64,000 nt of DNA from Spirulina sp. (GTDB taxonomy: Bacteria; Cyanobacteriota; Cyanobacteriia; Phormidesmidales; Phormidesmidaceae): NCBI GenBank assembly GCA_044070495.1, contig JBIPSI010000005.1:32001-96000 (forward strand), given 5' to 3'. This document shows, piece by piece, positions 27,441 through 37,837 of this stretch. Numbering within the stretch: position 1 is the stretch's first letter; the number at the start of each line of letters is the position of its first letter. The notes beneath the pieces were generated by a model. That model was not told the DNA's origin. It searched no databases and saw only the letters and a program-made list of their open reading frames with translations. The translations under genes were made by a program, and so were the position numbers.

Positions 27441-28318
27441 CCCCCATGCTCGACATCATCATTCCGCTCAAAGATCGTCCGGTAGCAGCCTGTGTGGAGT
27501 CTCTGTGGCGGAGTTTGGTGAATTGGAATGCGGGTACCTATCGGATTTGGCTGTGTGATGGCGGATCTACCCAGCCCGAAGTCGTCGATACCCTGGCCCA
27601 TCTGGCCAATGGGGACAGGGTGACGGTGTTGTCTCGGCTCGATTCTGGATTCAACAAAGCGGCGTTGATGAACGAGGGCCTGCGCCACGCCCAGGCGGAA
27701 ACGGTGCTGGTATCGGATGCGGATATTCTGTGGAATGAAGCGGCCCTTGAGTCCGTGCTGACTGTCCTGGATGCAACCCCAACGGCCCTCTGCCACATCG
27801 CCCAGGTGAACGAAACGGAACCGCAAACGACGGCTTTATCACGACCTCGCTACGGCTACCGTCTGAAAACGACAGCCCAGGGGCTAGCGGTCATTGTGGA
27901 ACAGGTTGCCCCTCGGCCCGATCACCGTCCGGGCTGTGGCTTGGTGGCGGCAAGGCGGGAGACCTGGCAAACACTTGGGGGCTACAAGGAACAGTTCCAT
28001 GGCTGGGGCTGGGAGGATCAAGACTTGCTGATGCGGGCGGAATTGTTGGGGATTCCCCTGCGGGCGGCGGGTTGCGTGTTACATCAGTCCCATGCTGACG
28101 CTCTGCGCAACCCCTTCCATGGACATCAACCTCCGCAAGCCACCCGTGACTTAAACCTGTTGCGGTGCCTAGAGGGTCTGCAACGGGGCGACCTGTGGGG
28201 CGATCTTGGCAATTCCGGTGATTCCATCCAGACAAGACGGCCCCCCATCCAGGCCGCTATCCGGGTAGATTTGCCTCCCGACTTGGCCCGTTTCCTGGAA
28301 GGTCTGTCATCGCCGTAG
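27437..28318 (+). CDS. GT2 / galactosyltransferase-C-like glycosyltransferase
   Basis: IIIP, CDGGS, FNKAALMNEG, SDAD, GGYKEQFHGWGWEDQDL. Confidence 0.82.
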   Translation: MTPMLDIIIPLKDRPVAACVESLWRSLVNWNAGTYRIWLCDGGSTQPEVVDTLAHLANGDRVTVLSRLDSGFNKAALMNEGLRHAQAETVLVSDADILWNEAALESVLTVLDATPTALCHIAQVNETEPQTTALSRPRYGYRLKTTAQGLAVIVEQVAPRPDHRPGCGLVAARRETWQTLGGYKEQFHGWGWEDQDLLMRAELLGIPLRAAGCVLHQSHADALRNPFHGHQPPQATRDLNLLRCLEGLQRGDLWGDLGNSGDSIQTRRPPIQAAIRVDLPPDLARFLEGLSSP

Positions 28319-28320
28319 GT

Positions 28321-28818
28321 TTACCCTTGGGCGGGGGCTACGGCCTCAGCCAAAGCCTGGTTTACCAACGCCTTCGCCTTTTCGTCCAGGGCAATCCAGT
28401 CGATTTCGCCATCTTCCATCACCAAGGACGCATCCGTGGTGGCGGGTTGAGCCGGATCGTAGTCCTCGCAGCAGAGGCGAAAGCAGAGTTCCCACACATC
28501 CAGCGTGGCGATGCGTTCCCCTTGAGTGAGGCGCAGGTGGTAGATCGGGGTGGGGGTGGGCAGTTGGGCGAGGGCCTGCTCGATCTGGGCGGTGGCCTCG
28601 GCGTCGGCCTTGGCCTCACCGAGCTGGGCCGAGAGATCCGCGACCCGTTGCTTTTGATCATCGGTGGTGCCCTCTATCCAGGCCAGGGTTTGGGTGTATT
28701 CGCTCTGCCAGTCTAGGGTTTCGGTGGCCTTGCGCAGGTTGTCGATGATGCGAATTAGGCAAGGCTGCATCAGGTGATGGGCTAGGGCATAGTCGCGGTC
28801 GGTGGCAAAGGTCAGCAT
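28321..28818 (-). CDS. Conserved cyanobacterial hypothetical protein
   Basis: Host-like ORF; LMQPCLIRIIDNLRK, DVWELCF, IDW..LD.KA. Confidence 0.75.
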   Translation of the reverse strand: MLTFATDRDYALAHHLMQPCLIRIIDNLRKATETLDWQSEYTQTLAWIEGTTDDQKQRVADLSAQLGEAKADAEATAQIEQALAQLPTPTPIYHLRLTQGERIATLDVWELCFRLCCEDYDPAQPATTDASLVMEDGEIDWIALDEKAKALVNQALAEAVAPAQG

Positions 28819-28886
28819 GGTAGGGAAAGCTCAGGGAAACAACGGGGTTAGCAATGACAGAACCGGGTTATTACGGAGTCTCTATT

Positions 28887-28980
28887 GGCCCTCACCCCCA
28901 GCCCCTCTCCCAAGGAGGAGAGGGGAGCTAGAAGGTTCAAAGTCCCTCTCCCCACGGGAGAGGGATTTAGGGTGAGGGCC
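28887..28980. repeat. Palindromic cyanobacterial dispersed repeat
   Basis: GGCCCTCACC...GGTGAGGGCC termini enclosing two CCCTCTCC/GGAGAGGG hairpins. Confidence 0.75.
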
Positions 28981-29047
28981 AAATCTCGGTAAAAGAGCAG
29001 GTTTGTAACCTAGTGAGTCTAGCAATCAGGGATCCTGGGGGCGAAAT

Positions 29048-30523
29048 CTAGGGGCGAATCACCTTCAGGGTGGCGAGGCTGGGGTCGCTGGCCCCGGTGA
29101 CGTAGCCGCCCTGTTGGTAAACGGTGGTGAGGTGGGCGATGGCGGCGGGGGTAATTTCCTCGCCCGCGAACAGGGTGGGGATGCCGGGGGGATAGGCCGC
29201 TAGGGTTTCGGCACTGAGGTGGCCTAGGGCTTCGGCGGCGGGTAGGGTGGCGGTGGGGGCAAAGAAGGCTTCGCGGGGCGACATCGGGGGCAGGGTGAAG
29301 GGGTGTGGGGTAGGGGGTAGGGGGGCAGGATTGTGGGGGAATGAGGATTGCGGGGTGGTGAGGGTGGTGAGGTGGCGGAATCCGGCTAGGCAGCGATCTT
29401 CATCGGCAGGGGTATTGCCGAGGCTAACGATTAGGGTGAGGTGGTGCAGTTCCGGTAGTTCCACGGTCACGCCTTGGGTTTCGTGGAGGATTTCGTCGGC
29501 CTCTAGCCCGGTCATGCCCAGGTCAGTTACGTCCACGGTAATGCGCGTTAGATCAAGGGCTTGCACACTGGCGTAGGGGGTTACGTCCTGGGGAGAAACC
29601 ACCCGCACCCCCGGCAGTTGGGCTAACTTATCCCGCAGATTTTGGGCAAGGGCGAGGGTGTCGGTTAGCAGGGCCTTGCCCTCGGTGGCCATTTGGTGAC
29701 GGGCGGCATCGAGGGAGGCTAGCAGCAGGTAGTTGGGGCTGGTGGATTGGGTGATCTGAAGGGCGGCCTGGAGCCGTTCTCGGTCAATCCGTTCCCCCTG
29801 AATATGGAGCATGGAGGCTTGGCTGAGGGCCGCTAACACCTTGTGGGTAGACTGCACCACCAGGTCGGCCCCCTGGCGCAGGGCGGGGGTGGGCAGGTGG
29901 GGATGGAAGGCAAAGTGGGGGCCATGGGCCTCGTCCACCAGCAGCGGGATGCCGTGGGCGTGGGCTAGGTCGGCCAAGGCATCTAAATGGGAGCAAATCC
30001 CGTGGTAGGTGGGCGACACCACCAGCACCGCCCGCGCATCGGGGTGGTGGGCTAGGGCTGTCTCAACATCTTCGACCCGCAACCCCAGGGTGAGGCCCAG
30101 GTCGGGGGCATACTCTGGCTCCACAAACACCGGACGCGCCCCCGCCAGCACCAGCCCCGCGATTACCGAGCGGTGGACATTGCGCGGCAGGATGATTTTG
30201 TCCCCCGGATTGCACACCGTCAAAATGGCGGATTCTAGGCCACAGGTGGAGCCATTGGCCAAAAACCAGGTTTGCTCGGCCCCAAAGGTACCCGCCGCTA
30301 AGCGTTGGGCCTCCAGAATCACGCCCTCCGGCGCAAACAGGTTATCCAACTCCGTCAGTTCCGGCAGATCGGCCCGCAAAGCCCCTTCCCCCAGCAGATC
30401 CCGTAGGCCAGCCGGGGCACCTTGGCCGCGCTTGTGGCCGGGGGTATAGAAAGCCGCATGGGGCCGCTGGGCACAGTCCCTAAGGGCCGTCAGCAGAGGG
30501 GTCTGGGTGTGGTCGAGGGGCAT
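29048..30523 (-). CDS. Orn/Lys/Arg decarboxylase, fold type I PLP enzyme
   Basis: TPGHKRG, NGSTCG, RNVHRS, VDEAHG, QSTHK, YPPGIP. Confidence 0.92.
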   Translation of the reverse strand: MPLDHTQTPLLTALRDCAQRPHAAFYTPGHKRGQGAPAGLRDLLGEGALRADLPELTELDNLFAPEGVILEAQRLAAGTFGAEQTWFLANGSTCGLESAILTVCNPGDKIILPRNVHRSVIAGLVLAGARPVFVEPEYAPDLGLTLGLRVEDVETALAHHPDARAVLVVSPTYHGICSHLDALADLAHAHGIPLLVDEAHGPHFAFHPHLPTPALRQGADLVVQSTHKVLAALSQASMLHIQGERIDRERLQAALQITQSTSPNYLLLASLDAARHQMATEGKALLTDTLALAQNLRDKLAQLPGVRVVSPQDVTPYASVQALDLTRITVDVTDLGMTGLEADEILHETQGVTVELPELHHLTLIVSLGNTPADEDRCLAGFRHLTTLTTPQSSFPHNPAPLPPTPHPFTLPPMSPREAFFAPTATLPAAEALGHLSAETLAAYPPGIPTLFAGEEITPAAIAHLTTVYQQGGYVTGASDPSLATLKVIRP

Positions 30524-30559
30524 ACTGGGCGGGGATTCTGGATGGGCTAGCGTGGTGGG

Positions 30560-32638
30560 CTAATTGGTTTTGGCGGGGGGTGGTTCGGGGCTAGTATCGG
30601 TCACGTTGTCGGCCCCCACGGTCAGGCTAAAGGGAATGGTTTCCCCACTTTGGGACACCACCACAATTTCGTAGTAGCCCGACTGGGGCAGTTCTCCGGC
30701 CCAGGTGTTTTGGGCGGCGCTGGCCAGAATGTGGGGCAGTTCCGGCGTGGGCACCGGCACGTAGAGGGACAGGCGAGTGCTATCGGGCGGGGCCTGGAGG
30801 TTAATCCGCATCAGTTGGCCCTGGCGCAGGTTGAGGATATACACATGGCCGTCGCCGGGGGAAAAGTTACCCGTGACCTGATGGTCAAAGCGATCCGGCT
30901 CAAAGCGAATTTCCGTTAGGGCTTCGCCGCTGGTGATGGCGGTGACGCGATCCTGAGCCAGGGCCAGCCAGATTTGATCCACCGGGGTTTCCACAAAGCC
31001 CTGCTGGGTGCGCCCCGGAAAAAGCGTCTGAAACCGAGCGTTGGCCAGGTCTTCCATGGCCTTGCTGCTGACGTAGCGTTCGTTCACCTGGCGCTGCCAC
31101 CGTTCTCGGTCGGTGGGGTTGTAGCGCCCCAGTTTGGCCCTCGCCTCTGGGCTGAGGTGGGTTTCCACTAAATCGAGGTTGGCTGTGGCGATGGCGTCCC
31201 AGTCCTCCCGCAGGGCGGCATCCTGGGGTTGATCGGTGAGCTGGGTACCCTGCAAGCTGGGGTTTTGCTCAAAGAAAAACTGATCGGTGAGGCTGACCAA
31301 GTAAGCCCAATCTACCCCCAGAGCCGAGGCCCGATCTCGGATCGCCTGCTTGCGGGCCTGTTCTGCCTCGCTGAGGTTGGGGTTGGCGGCATTATTTCCC
31401 CCAGGGTTGACGGCCCCCGAATTGCGCCAGTCCAACGGGTCGAGCCACCAGCCCAAGCCCACCGCCACCCCCAGCACCAGGGCCATGGCCGCTAGGGCCG
31501 ATCCACACCCCGCCCCCGACCGCTGGGAAACCTTGGTGGGGCGGGGCGGCGGCGGCACGGTGTAGGTGGGGTCGGGGTAGGCCGCATTGCCGTAGGCCGC
31601 GTTTTGCTCCGATGGATAAACCGGGGCGGCAGTGGGGTAGGCCAGGTTTTGGCTGGCTGATTTGGGGGACGGACGACGGGCCACGGCCACGGTGGGGGGC
31701 GGTTCTGGCGGCGGTGGGACGATGGGCTGCATTCGCACGGGCAGGGATGTCTCTTCCGGTGGGGCGGCACCCGCAGGATTAGCCAGGTTTAATGCCGCCA
31801 TCACCTGCCTTGCCGAGGTGGGCCGCTGGGCCGGATCCATAGCCACCATTTGTTCTAATACCTGCCGCAGCCGATCCGACACCTCCAGGTGCGGTGGCCA
31901 GTCCCAGCGTTTCCGGCGGTCGTCGTAGAGGTTCTCTGGATCCTTGCCCGTTAGCAGCACCATGGCCGTCATGCCAAGGGCGTAGAGATCATCCGACGGG
32001 CTGGCTAAGCCTTCGCTGGCCTGAGTTTTGGGACGATATCCCCCATGACCCAAGCGGGTGATGGTGCCATCGGCGGATCGGTAGGGCTGGGCCGCCCCCA
32101 TCTGGTAGCGCACATTCACCAGCAGTTGCTTCACGCTGCCAAAGTCGATCAGCACCGGGCGACCATCGGCGTTGCGCTGTACCAGGTTGTCGGGGGAGAT
32201 ATCGCGATGCACAATGCCCAGCCCATGCAGATATTGCAGCACAGGCAACACCTGGGCCAGCAGCGGCAGCACCTCCGCCTCCGAAAATTGACCCCCCTGG
32301 GCCTGCCGACGGGCCAGCAGATGGCGATAGGTGGGGCCTTCTACGTAGTCCTGCACCAAAAAAAGCTGCCCTTCCTCCCGCAGCAGTTCGCGAAACCGAG
32401 GAATTTGGGGGTGATCCAACTGGTAGAGCAGGCTGGCCTCGCGCTCAAACAGCATTTGAGCCTGGTCTAGGAGCGCTTTTCCCTCCACCTGGGGGTTAAA
32501 TTCTCGCAGCACGCAGAGTTCTTGAAAGCGGTGGGTGTCCTCCGCCAGGTAGGTGCGGCCAAAGCCACCACTGCTGAGCTGTCGCAAAATGCGATAGCGC
32601 CCCCCCAGAAGCCGATCCCCCCGTTCTGCTGCCTCCAT
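30560..32638 (-). CDS. Hanks-type Ser/Thr kinase-like membrane protein (probable pseudokinase)
   Basis: GGFGRTY, HRDISPDN, IDFG; TM helix; extracellular domain; beta-3 Lys replaced by Arg and APE motif degenerate. Confidence 0.88.
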   Translation of the reverse strand: MEAAERGDRLLGGRYRILRQLSSGGFGRTYLAEDTHRFQELCVLREFNPQVEGKALLDQAQMLFEREASLLYQLDHPQIPRFRELLREEGQLFLVQDYVEGPTYRHLLARRQAQGGQFSEAEVLPLLAQVLPVLQYLHGLGIVHRDISPDNLVQRNADGRPVLIDFGSVKQLLVNVRYQMGAAQPYRSADGTITRLGHGGYRPKTQASEGLASPSDDLYALGMTAMVLLTGKDPENLYDDRRKRWDWPPHLEVSDRLRQVLEQMVAMDPAQRPTSARQVMAALNLANPAGAAPPEETSLPVRMQPIVPPPPEPPPTVAVARRPSPKSASQNLAYPTAAPVYPSEQNAAYGNAAYPDPTYTVPPPPRPTKVSQRSGAGCGSALAAMALVLGVAVGLGWWLDPLDWRNSGAVNPGGNNAANPNLSEAEQARKQAIRDRASALGVDWAYLVSLTDQFFFEQNPSLQGTQLTDQPQDAALREDWDAIATANLDLVETHLSPEARAKLGRYNPTDRERWQRQVNERYVSSKAMEDLANARFQTLFPGRTQQGFVETPVDQIWLALAQDRVTAITSGEALTEIRFEPDRFDHQVTGNFSPGDGHVYILNLRQGQLMRINLQAPPDSTRLSLYVPVPTPELPHILASAAQNTWAGELPQSGYYEIVVVSQSGETIPFSLTVGADNVTDTSPEPPPAKTN

Positions 32639-32716
32639 GGCCCCTCCCGTTCTAAACGCTCTCCCATCCTATAGAAAATCGCCCCCTAGGAGGCCGAGGG
32701 TCAGTCTGTAGAGTCG

Positions 32717-32852
32717 GTAGGTTGGGTGCAGTGAAGCGGAACCCAACACCCATCCAGAATTTCGGGCTGGTTGGGTTCTGCTATCGCGCCACCCAACCTA
32801 CGATATATCAAGGATTTTTGGAGTTGCGATATATCAAGGATTTTTGGAGTTG
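32717..32852. repeat. Inverted REP-like pair plus exact 26-bp tandem duplication
   Basis: GTAGGTTGGGT.. (32717-32749) and ..ACCCAACCTAC (32770-32801); CGATATATCAAGGATTTTTGGAGTTG twice (32801-32852). Confidence 0.8.
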
Positions 32853-32871
32853 TGTCAGGCAACCGACCGAC

Positions 32872-35412
32872 TTACTTGGTGGTCATAATATGCACACCAT
32901 CCCAGTCCTGAGGGGGCGGCTCTACCAGGTAGTGGCGGGCGCGGTTGATGTGGACGGCCACGGCCTTGTCGTTGGGGCGCATGTCCTTGGCGGCGTAGAA
33001 CAACTCCAGGGCTTCTTTGAAGTTCATGGCAATGTAGGCCGTACGAGCCTGGGCATAGCGCTCTAGAAAGTCTTCGGTGCCAGGGTCTAGGGGCATTTCG
33101 CGGGGGCCAATCAGCTCATAGAGATTGACGGGCTGATTTTTCCCTTTCACCTGGGTGCGGTCTAGCTCTCTCACCCAAATTTTGTCTTGGCAGAGGGAGT
33201 AGGTGTACTCACTAATCACGATGTCGCAGCCGTATTCCTTCGTGACGCCCTCCAGGCGGGAGCTGAGGTTCACCCCATCGCCGATGACGGTGTACTCCAT
33301 TTTGCGCTGGGAGCCAATGTTTCCGGAGACCACTTCGCCGGAGCTAATGCCAATGCCAATCCGGATTTCGGGCTGCTTCAGGTGTCGCCGTTCTTGGTTG
33401 AACTGGGCGAGGCGGCGGCGCATATCCAAGGCACTTTGCACCGCCGACCAGGCATGGTTCGTCAACGGTAGGGGCGCACCAAAGACGGCCATCAGGGCAT
33501 CTCCGATGAATTTATCTAGAGTGCCCTCGAAGTTAAACACCGCCTCCACCATGGTTTCAAAGTAGGCGTTGAGCATTTCCACCACCTTGTCGGCTTCCAG
33601 GTTTTCGGTGAGGGTGGTGTAGCCACGAATATCGGAGAACAAGACCGTCACGTCCTTGCGTTCGCCCTTCATCAGCACATCGTCGCCCAGGGCCATCACT
33701 CGCTCGGCCACACCGGGGGTCATGTAGCGATAAAGAGTGCTCTTCATCCGTTTTTCCTGGCTGATGTCTTCTAGCACCAGCAGGCCGCCCAGCACCTTGC
33801 CTTCGGGGTTGGTGAGGGGGTTCACGGTCAGGTTGACGCTGCGTTCTAGGGATTTCACCCGATCGGCGGTGAGGAGAGGCGCATCGGCATCGCCCCAGGG
33901 ACGATAGTGATCAGCCTGGGCCGGATCGGGTAGGGCGAGGTGAATGGGGCCTTCTCCGGCCTCGTCATCCCCCAGTTGCAGGGCAACGCGCAGGGTTTGT
34001 TCGGGCACGTAATGTCTGGCCCCGTGGCTGAGGCTGTCTTCAATGCGGAAGCGCATACTTTCGATGGGCATCACCTCCCACACCGGGCGGTTGAGAAGCC
34101 GTTCTTGCCATTGATCGCGCCGTTCCCGCAGGTGGTCGCCCTCATGGGGACAGCCCAGTAAATCGACAGCGGCATCGTTGATGGTGACAATACGGCCTTC
34201 CAAATCGGTGGAAATGACCGCATCGGAGAGGCTTTGCAGAATGTCTTTTTGGTACTGTTTTTCGACCAGGACGCTTTCAAACAGCTTGGCATTTTCTAAC
34301 GCAATGCCCGCCTGAATGTTGAAGGCCCGCATAAAGGCCTCGTCGGAACTATTAAAAGTACCCTGAACTTTGTTGATCAGTTGGGTAACGGCAATCAGCT
34401 TACCCGATGAATTAAACACGGGCATACAGAGAATGTTGCGGGTAACGTAGCCCGTGCGCTTATCGGTTTCAGGATTAAAGCGGGGATCTTTGTAGGCATC
34501 GGGGATGTTCAGCACCTCGCCAGTGCTAGCCACATGGCCCACAACACCACTGCCAATGGAGTGATGCAGTTCCAGCATGGTTTTGCCATCACCCATCTTC
34601 ACCCGCGACCACAGTTCCCCCTTTTCTTCATCCATAATCCAGAGGGTACTGCGGTCAGCCTGCATCAGTTGACGGGCTTCCTCCATCACCGATTGCAGGG
34701 TTTTCTCTAAATCCAAACTCTGTTCTAGGGAGGAAATCGCCTTCAGCAGGGCGGCGACCCCCTTTTGGTTACGGGCGGCAACGTAGAACGAATTACAGCT
34801 TTCTAAAATTACCCCTAGGGATTCGGCAAACTCCCTAAAATGCTGCTCGTCCTCCTCGTTGAAGGGCATTTCATTGAGTTTATTGAGCAGTTGTACGACG
34901 GCTACGATGTTGTTTGACTTTTTGCTCAGCACCGGCATACAGAGGATACTGCGGGTGCGGTAGCCGGTTTTTTTATCGTAGGAGCGGTCGAAGCGGTCGT
35001 CGTCGTAGGCGTCTGGAATATTCAGGGTTTTAACGTGGGTAGCCACATAGCCCGAAATACCCTTATCCATGGGTACCCGTAGATCTAGGGATCGCTCCCC
35101 ATCACCCTGGGCAATTTTCGACCAGAGTTCTTGTTTTTCCTGATCCACCATAAAAATGGTGGTGCGTTCGGCCTGCAAAATTTGGCCAATCTTGAGGGTA
35201 AACGCCTCAAGGATTTGCTCCAGCATGATCTCCAACGATTCGTTGTTGATCATGTCGATGGCGCGGAGGAAATGCTCGAATTCGTCGGTAATTCGATCCA
35301 GCAGGTCGATAAATTGGGGCGTGGGCAGATCGCGCACCCGATGGGTGAGGGAGCTACTTTGGTTGACCATCGAGAGTGTGGCCAACATACCGCGATTAGA
35401 CTGAGTGACCAT
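32872..35412 (-). CDS. cyaB: GAF-GAF-PAS class III adenylate cyclase (CyaB type)
   Basis: Two GAF domains (DAY.D.RF, TGY.TR.ILCMP, QL.NK), PAS, FSDIRGYT, DKFIGDALM, GDGVNLSSRLE. Confidence 0.92.
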   Translation of the reverse strand: MVTQSNRGMLATLSMVNQSSSLTHRVRDLPTPQFIDLLDRITDEFEHFLRAIDMINNESLEIMLEQILEAFTLKIGQILQAERTTIFMVDQEKQELWSKIAQGDGERSLDLRVPMDKGISGYVATHVKTLNIPDAYDDDRFDRSYDKKTGYRTRSILCMPVLSKKSNNIVAVVQLLNKLNEMPFNEEDEQHFREFAESLGVILESCNSFYVAARNQKGVAALLKAISSLEQSLDLEKTLQSVMEEARQLMQADRSTLWIMDEEKGELWSRVKMGDGKTMLELHHSIGSGVVGHVASTGEVLNIPDAYKDPRFNPETDKRTGYVTRNILCMPVFNSSGKLIAVTQLINKVQGTFNSSDEAFMRAFNIQAGIALENAKLFESVLVEKQYQKDILQSLSDAVISTDLEGRIVTINDAAVDLLGCPHEGDHLRERRDQWQERLLNRPVWEVMPIESMRFRIEDSLSHGARHYVPEQTLRVALQLGDDEAGEGPIHLALPDPAQADHYRPWGDADAPLLTADRVKSLERSVNLTVNPLTNPEGKVLGGLLVLEDISQEKRMKSTLYRYMTPGVAERVMALGDDVLMKGERKDVTVLFSDIRGYTTLTENLEADKVVEMLNAYFETMVEAVFNFEGTLDKFIGDALMAVFGAPLPLTNHAWSAVQSALDMRRRLAQFNQERRHLKQPEIRIGIGISSGEVVSGNIGSQRKMEYTVIGDGVNLSSRLEGVTKEYGCDIVISEYTYSLCQDKIWVRELDRTQVKGKNQPVNLYELIGPREMPLDPGTEDFLERYAQARTAYIAMNFKEALELFYAAKDMRPNDKAVAVHINRARHYLVEPPPQDWDGVHIMTTK

Positions 35413-35742
35413 AGAACACCCGATTTAGCGTAATTCAGACCGACCGGACTGGGAGGATGCAGAGCGTGTCTAGTACCTACTACTCTAACCGTATCTATTC
35501 CGAATCATACGGTAAGTTCTCTATGAACCCAGAAGCCCCATTGCCGTAAATGGCTAGAAACCTGACGTATTAGATGCGATATGAATTCTTGGATGCGATG
35601 TGGATTCGCCATGGATTGAGCAGAGCGGCAAGGGAAAGGGTTGCGGATAACCCTGATAGACGGTTCTGTTAAAGATCCTTACGGAGTCGTCTAGGTCGGA
35701 TAACGGGCGGTTTATCGTGCAAAGGTTCTACGGAGATTGGGA

Positions 35743-37257
35743 ATGTCGCGGCAACAGTGGTCATCTCAGACGGTGTTTATCTTGGCTGCCGTGGGTTCGG
35801 CGGTGGGGTTGGGCAATGTGTGGCGCTTCCCCTACTTGGCCGGACGCTACGGCGGCGGGGCGTTTTTGATTCCCTACCTGCTGGCCTTTGTGCTGCTGGC
35901 CACGCCGATGCTGATTCTGGAATTGGCGATTGGTCAGCGGATGCAGCGGGGGCCGGTTCAATCCCTGCGGCGGATGCACCCAGCCTTTGGCGGCGTGGGG
36001 CTGGTGGCGGTGGCCTCGGCCTTTTTGGTGGTGGCCTACTATGCCGTGGTGATGGCCTGGTGTTTGCTGTACCTGGTGCGATCCCTGGGGGTGCCCTGGG
36101 CCGACGACCCGGAGGGCTATTTCTTTGGCCAAGTGCTGCAACTGAGCGACAGCGTAGGACAACTGGGCGGCTTCAACGGGCCGATTTTGATTTCCCTGGT
36201 GGTGATTTGGCTGTCGATTTATTTCTGCATTTGGCAAGGCCCCAAGAGCGTGGGTAAGGTGGTGCTGTACACGGTGCCGATTCCGGTAGTGGTGCTGGCG
36301 GTGCTGTTTGTGCGGTCGATCTTTTTGCCGGGGTTCCTAGAGGGCTGGCGGGTTTACCTCAGCCCGGTGTGGAGCGCCATGCTGGATCCAGCGGTGTGGA
36401 CGGCGGCGGCGGCCCAGGCGTTTCTCACCCTGTCTGTGGCCTTTGCCATCATGCTCACCTACGCCAGCTACAAACAGCCCGACGAAGACATTGTTAAGTC
36501 CTCCTGGCTGACGGCCATTGCCGACCTGGCCATTAGTCTGTTTGCCGGATTTGTGGTGTTTGCGGTGCTGGGCTACATGGCCTGGAGCACCGGGGTAACG
36601 GTGCAGGATGTGGCTGCCTCTGGGCCGGGGCTAGCCTTTGTGGTGTTCCCCAAGGCGCTGAGTTTGATGCCCCTGGCCGGACTGTTTAGCGCCCTGTTCT
36701 TTTTTATGCTGCTTACCCTCGGCATCGACAGCGCCTTTTCCCTGATTGAACCCACCGTAGCGGCGGTGCTGGATATCCAACCCGGACGCCAAAGCACCCA
36801 CATTGCCGGATGGGCCTGTTTTGCGGCCTTCCTGGTCGGTAGCCTCTACACCACCAAGGCGGGGCTTTATTTTTTGGATATCGTCGATCACTTCGTCACC
36901 ACCTACAACGCCATCCTCGTCGCCCTGGGCATGGCCCTGCTGGGGGGCTGGGTGTTTGGGGCCGAAGCCCTACGCCGCTACGTCAACGAGATTAGCGATT
37001 GGCACATAGGCCGCTGGTGGAATGTGGCGATCAAATGGGTGGCCCCCGTGGTGCTGGTGATTTTGCTGGCCACCCAGCTTTCCACCGACCTGCGCACCCC
37101 CTACGAAGGCTACCCCGCCTGGGCCTTGGCCATTGGCTGGGGCACGGTAATTCTGCCCGTGGGGGCTGGGGTAGCCCTCAGTTTCGGGGCGAAAAATCCA
37201 GAGTCCCTAGAGCGCAACGACGAATCCTATGGGGATCAGACCGATCCTCACGCCTAG
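35743..37257 (+). CDS. Sodium-dependent transporter, NSS/SNF family
   Basis: GSAVGLGNVWRFPY, GGGAF, GPGLAFV.FP, multiple TM helices. Confidence 0.93.
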   Translation: MSRQQWSSQTVFILAAVGSAVGLGNVWRFPYLAGRYGGGAFLIPYLLAFVLLATPMLILELAIGQRMQRGPVQSLRRMHPAFGGVGLVAVASAFLVVAYYAVVMAWCLLYLVRSLGVPWADDPEGYFFGQVLQLSDSVGQLGGFNGPILISLVVIWLSIYFCIWQGPKSVGKVVLYTVPIPVVVLAVLFVRSIFLPGFLEGWRVYLSPVWSAMLDPAVWTAAAAQAFLTLSVAFAIMLTYASYKQPDEDIVKSSWLTAIADLAISLFAGFVVFAVLGYMAWSTGVTVQDVAASGPGLAFVVFPKALSLMPLAGLFSALFFFMLLTLGIDSAFSLIEPTVAAVLDIQPGRQSTHIAGWACFAAFLVGSLYTTKAGLYFLDIVDHFVTTYNAILVALGMALLGGWVFGAEALRRYVNEISDWHIGRWWNVAIKWVAPVVLVILLATQLSTDLRTPYEGYPAWALAIGWGTVILPVGAGVALSFGAKNPESLERNDESYGDQTDPHA

Positions 37258-37307
37258 GGGTTGGGGCCTGGGCTGGGTAAGGAATCAGGATGCCATGGGA
37301 CAGATTC

Positions 37308-37535
37308 ATGGGACAGATTACGGTGCAGGTTAAACCCAACGCCAAACAGCAAAAAATCCTGCGGCGAGAGGACGGCACTTGGTTGGTGCACCTCAAAGCT
37401 CCCCCCACCGAGGGCAAGGCCAATCAAGCGTTAATCACCTGTTTGGCCGAACACTTTGGCGTCACCAAGGCCCAGGTTGAGATTCGATCTGGCCACACCG
37501 GACGGATCAAGCGGGTGTGGATTGATGACGATTGA
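37308..37535 (+). CDS. DUF167/YggU family protein
   Basis: VKPNAK, APPTEGKAN, SGHTGRIK. Confidence 0.88.
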   Translation: MGQITVQVKPNAKQQKILRREDGTWLVHLKAPPTEGKANQALITCLAEHFGVTKAQVEIRSGHTGRIKRVWIDDD

Positions 37536-37566
37536 CAGGCATACCCATCGTCTAGAACGCCGCTAT

Positions 37567-37630
37567 AGAACCCCGGTTTCTGCGCAAAGGCCAAATCTCC
37601 TGGGCGCACCGACAAAGAAACCAGGGTTCT
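37567..37630. repeat. AGAAACC(N)GGTTTCT-type palindromic repeat pair
   Basis: AGAACCCCGGTTTCT and AGAAACCAGGGTTCT. Confidence 0.6.
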
Positions 37631-37837
37631 CTCAATACCGGATTTCTCTCAATCCTGAACCGATGCTCTAGTTGAGGCTTGCTAGGAGGGTGAAAGGGCA
37701 AAAATACCTTCTACCTAGATTTTGGCGTGATCGATCCCCATCGCGAGGGAAAACTAGGGCAGGTTGTCGTGGTCTGCGCTGGTTGGCGCTATCTCCTGCT
37801 ATGGCCCTCGTGCGTTATCGATATCGTCCTTAAGCTT

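Noticed and set aside
32717..32852. Possible second mini CRISPR array
   Set aside because: Inverted REP-like units and a spacerless tandem duplication
32872..35412. Cyclase (and CYTH gene at 58152-58619) as a Pycsar/CBASS-like defence component
   Set aside because: Standard CyaB architecture in housekeeping context, with no effector neighbour
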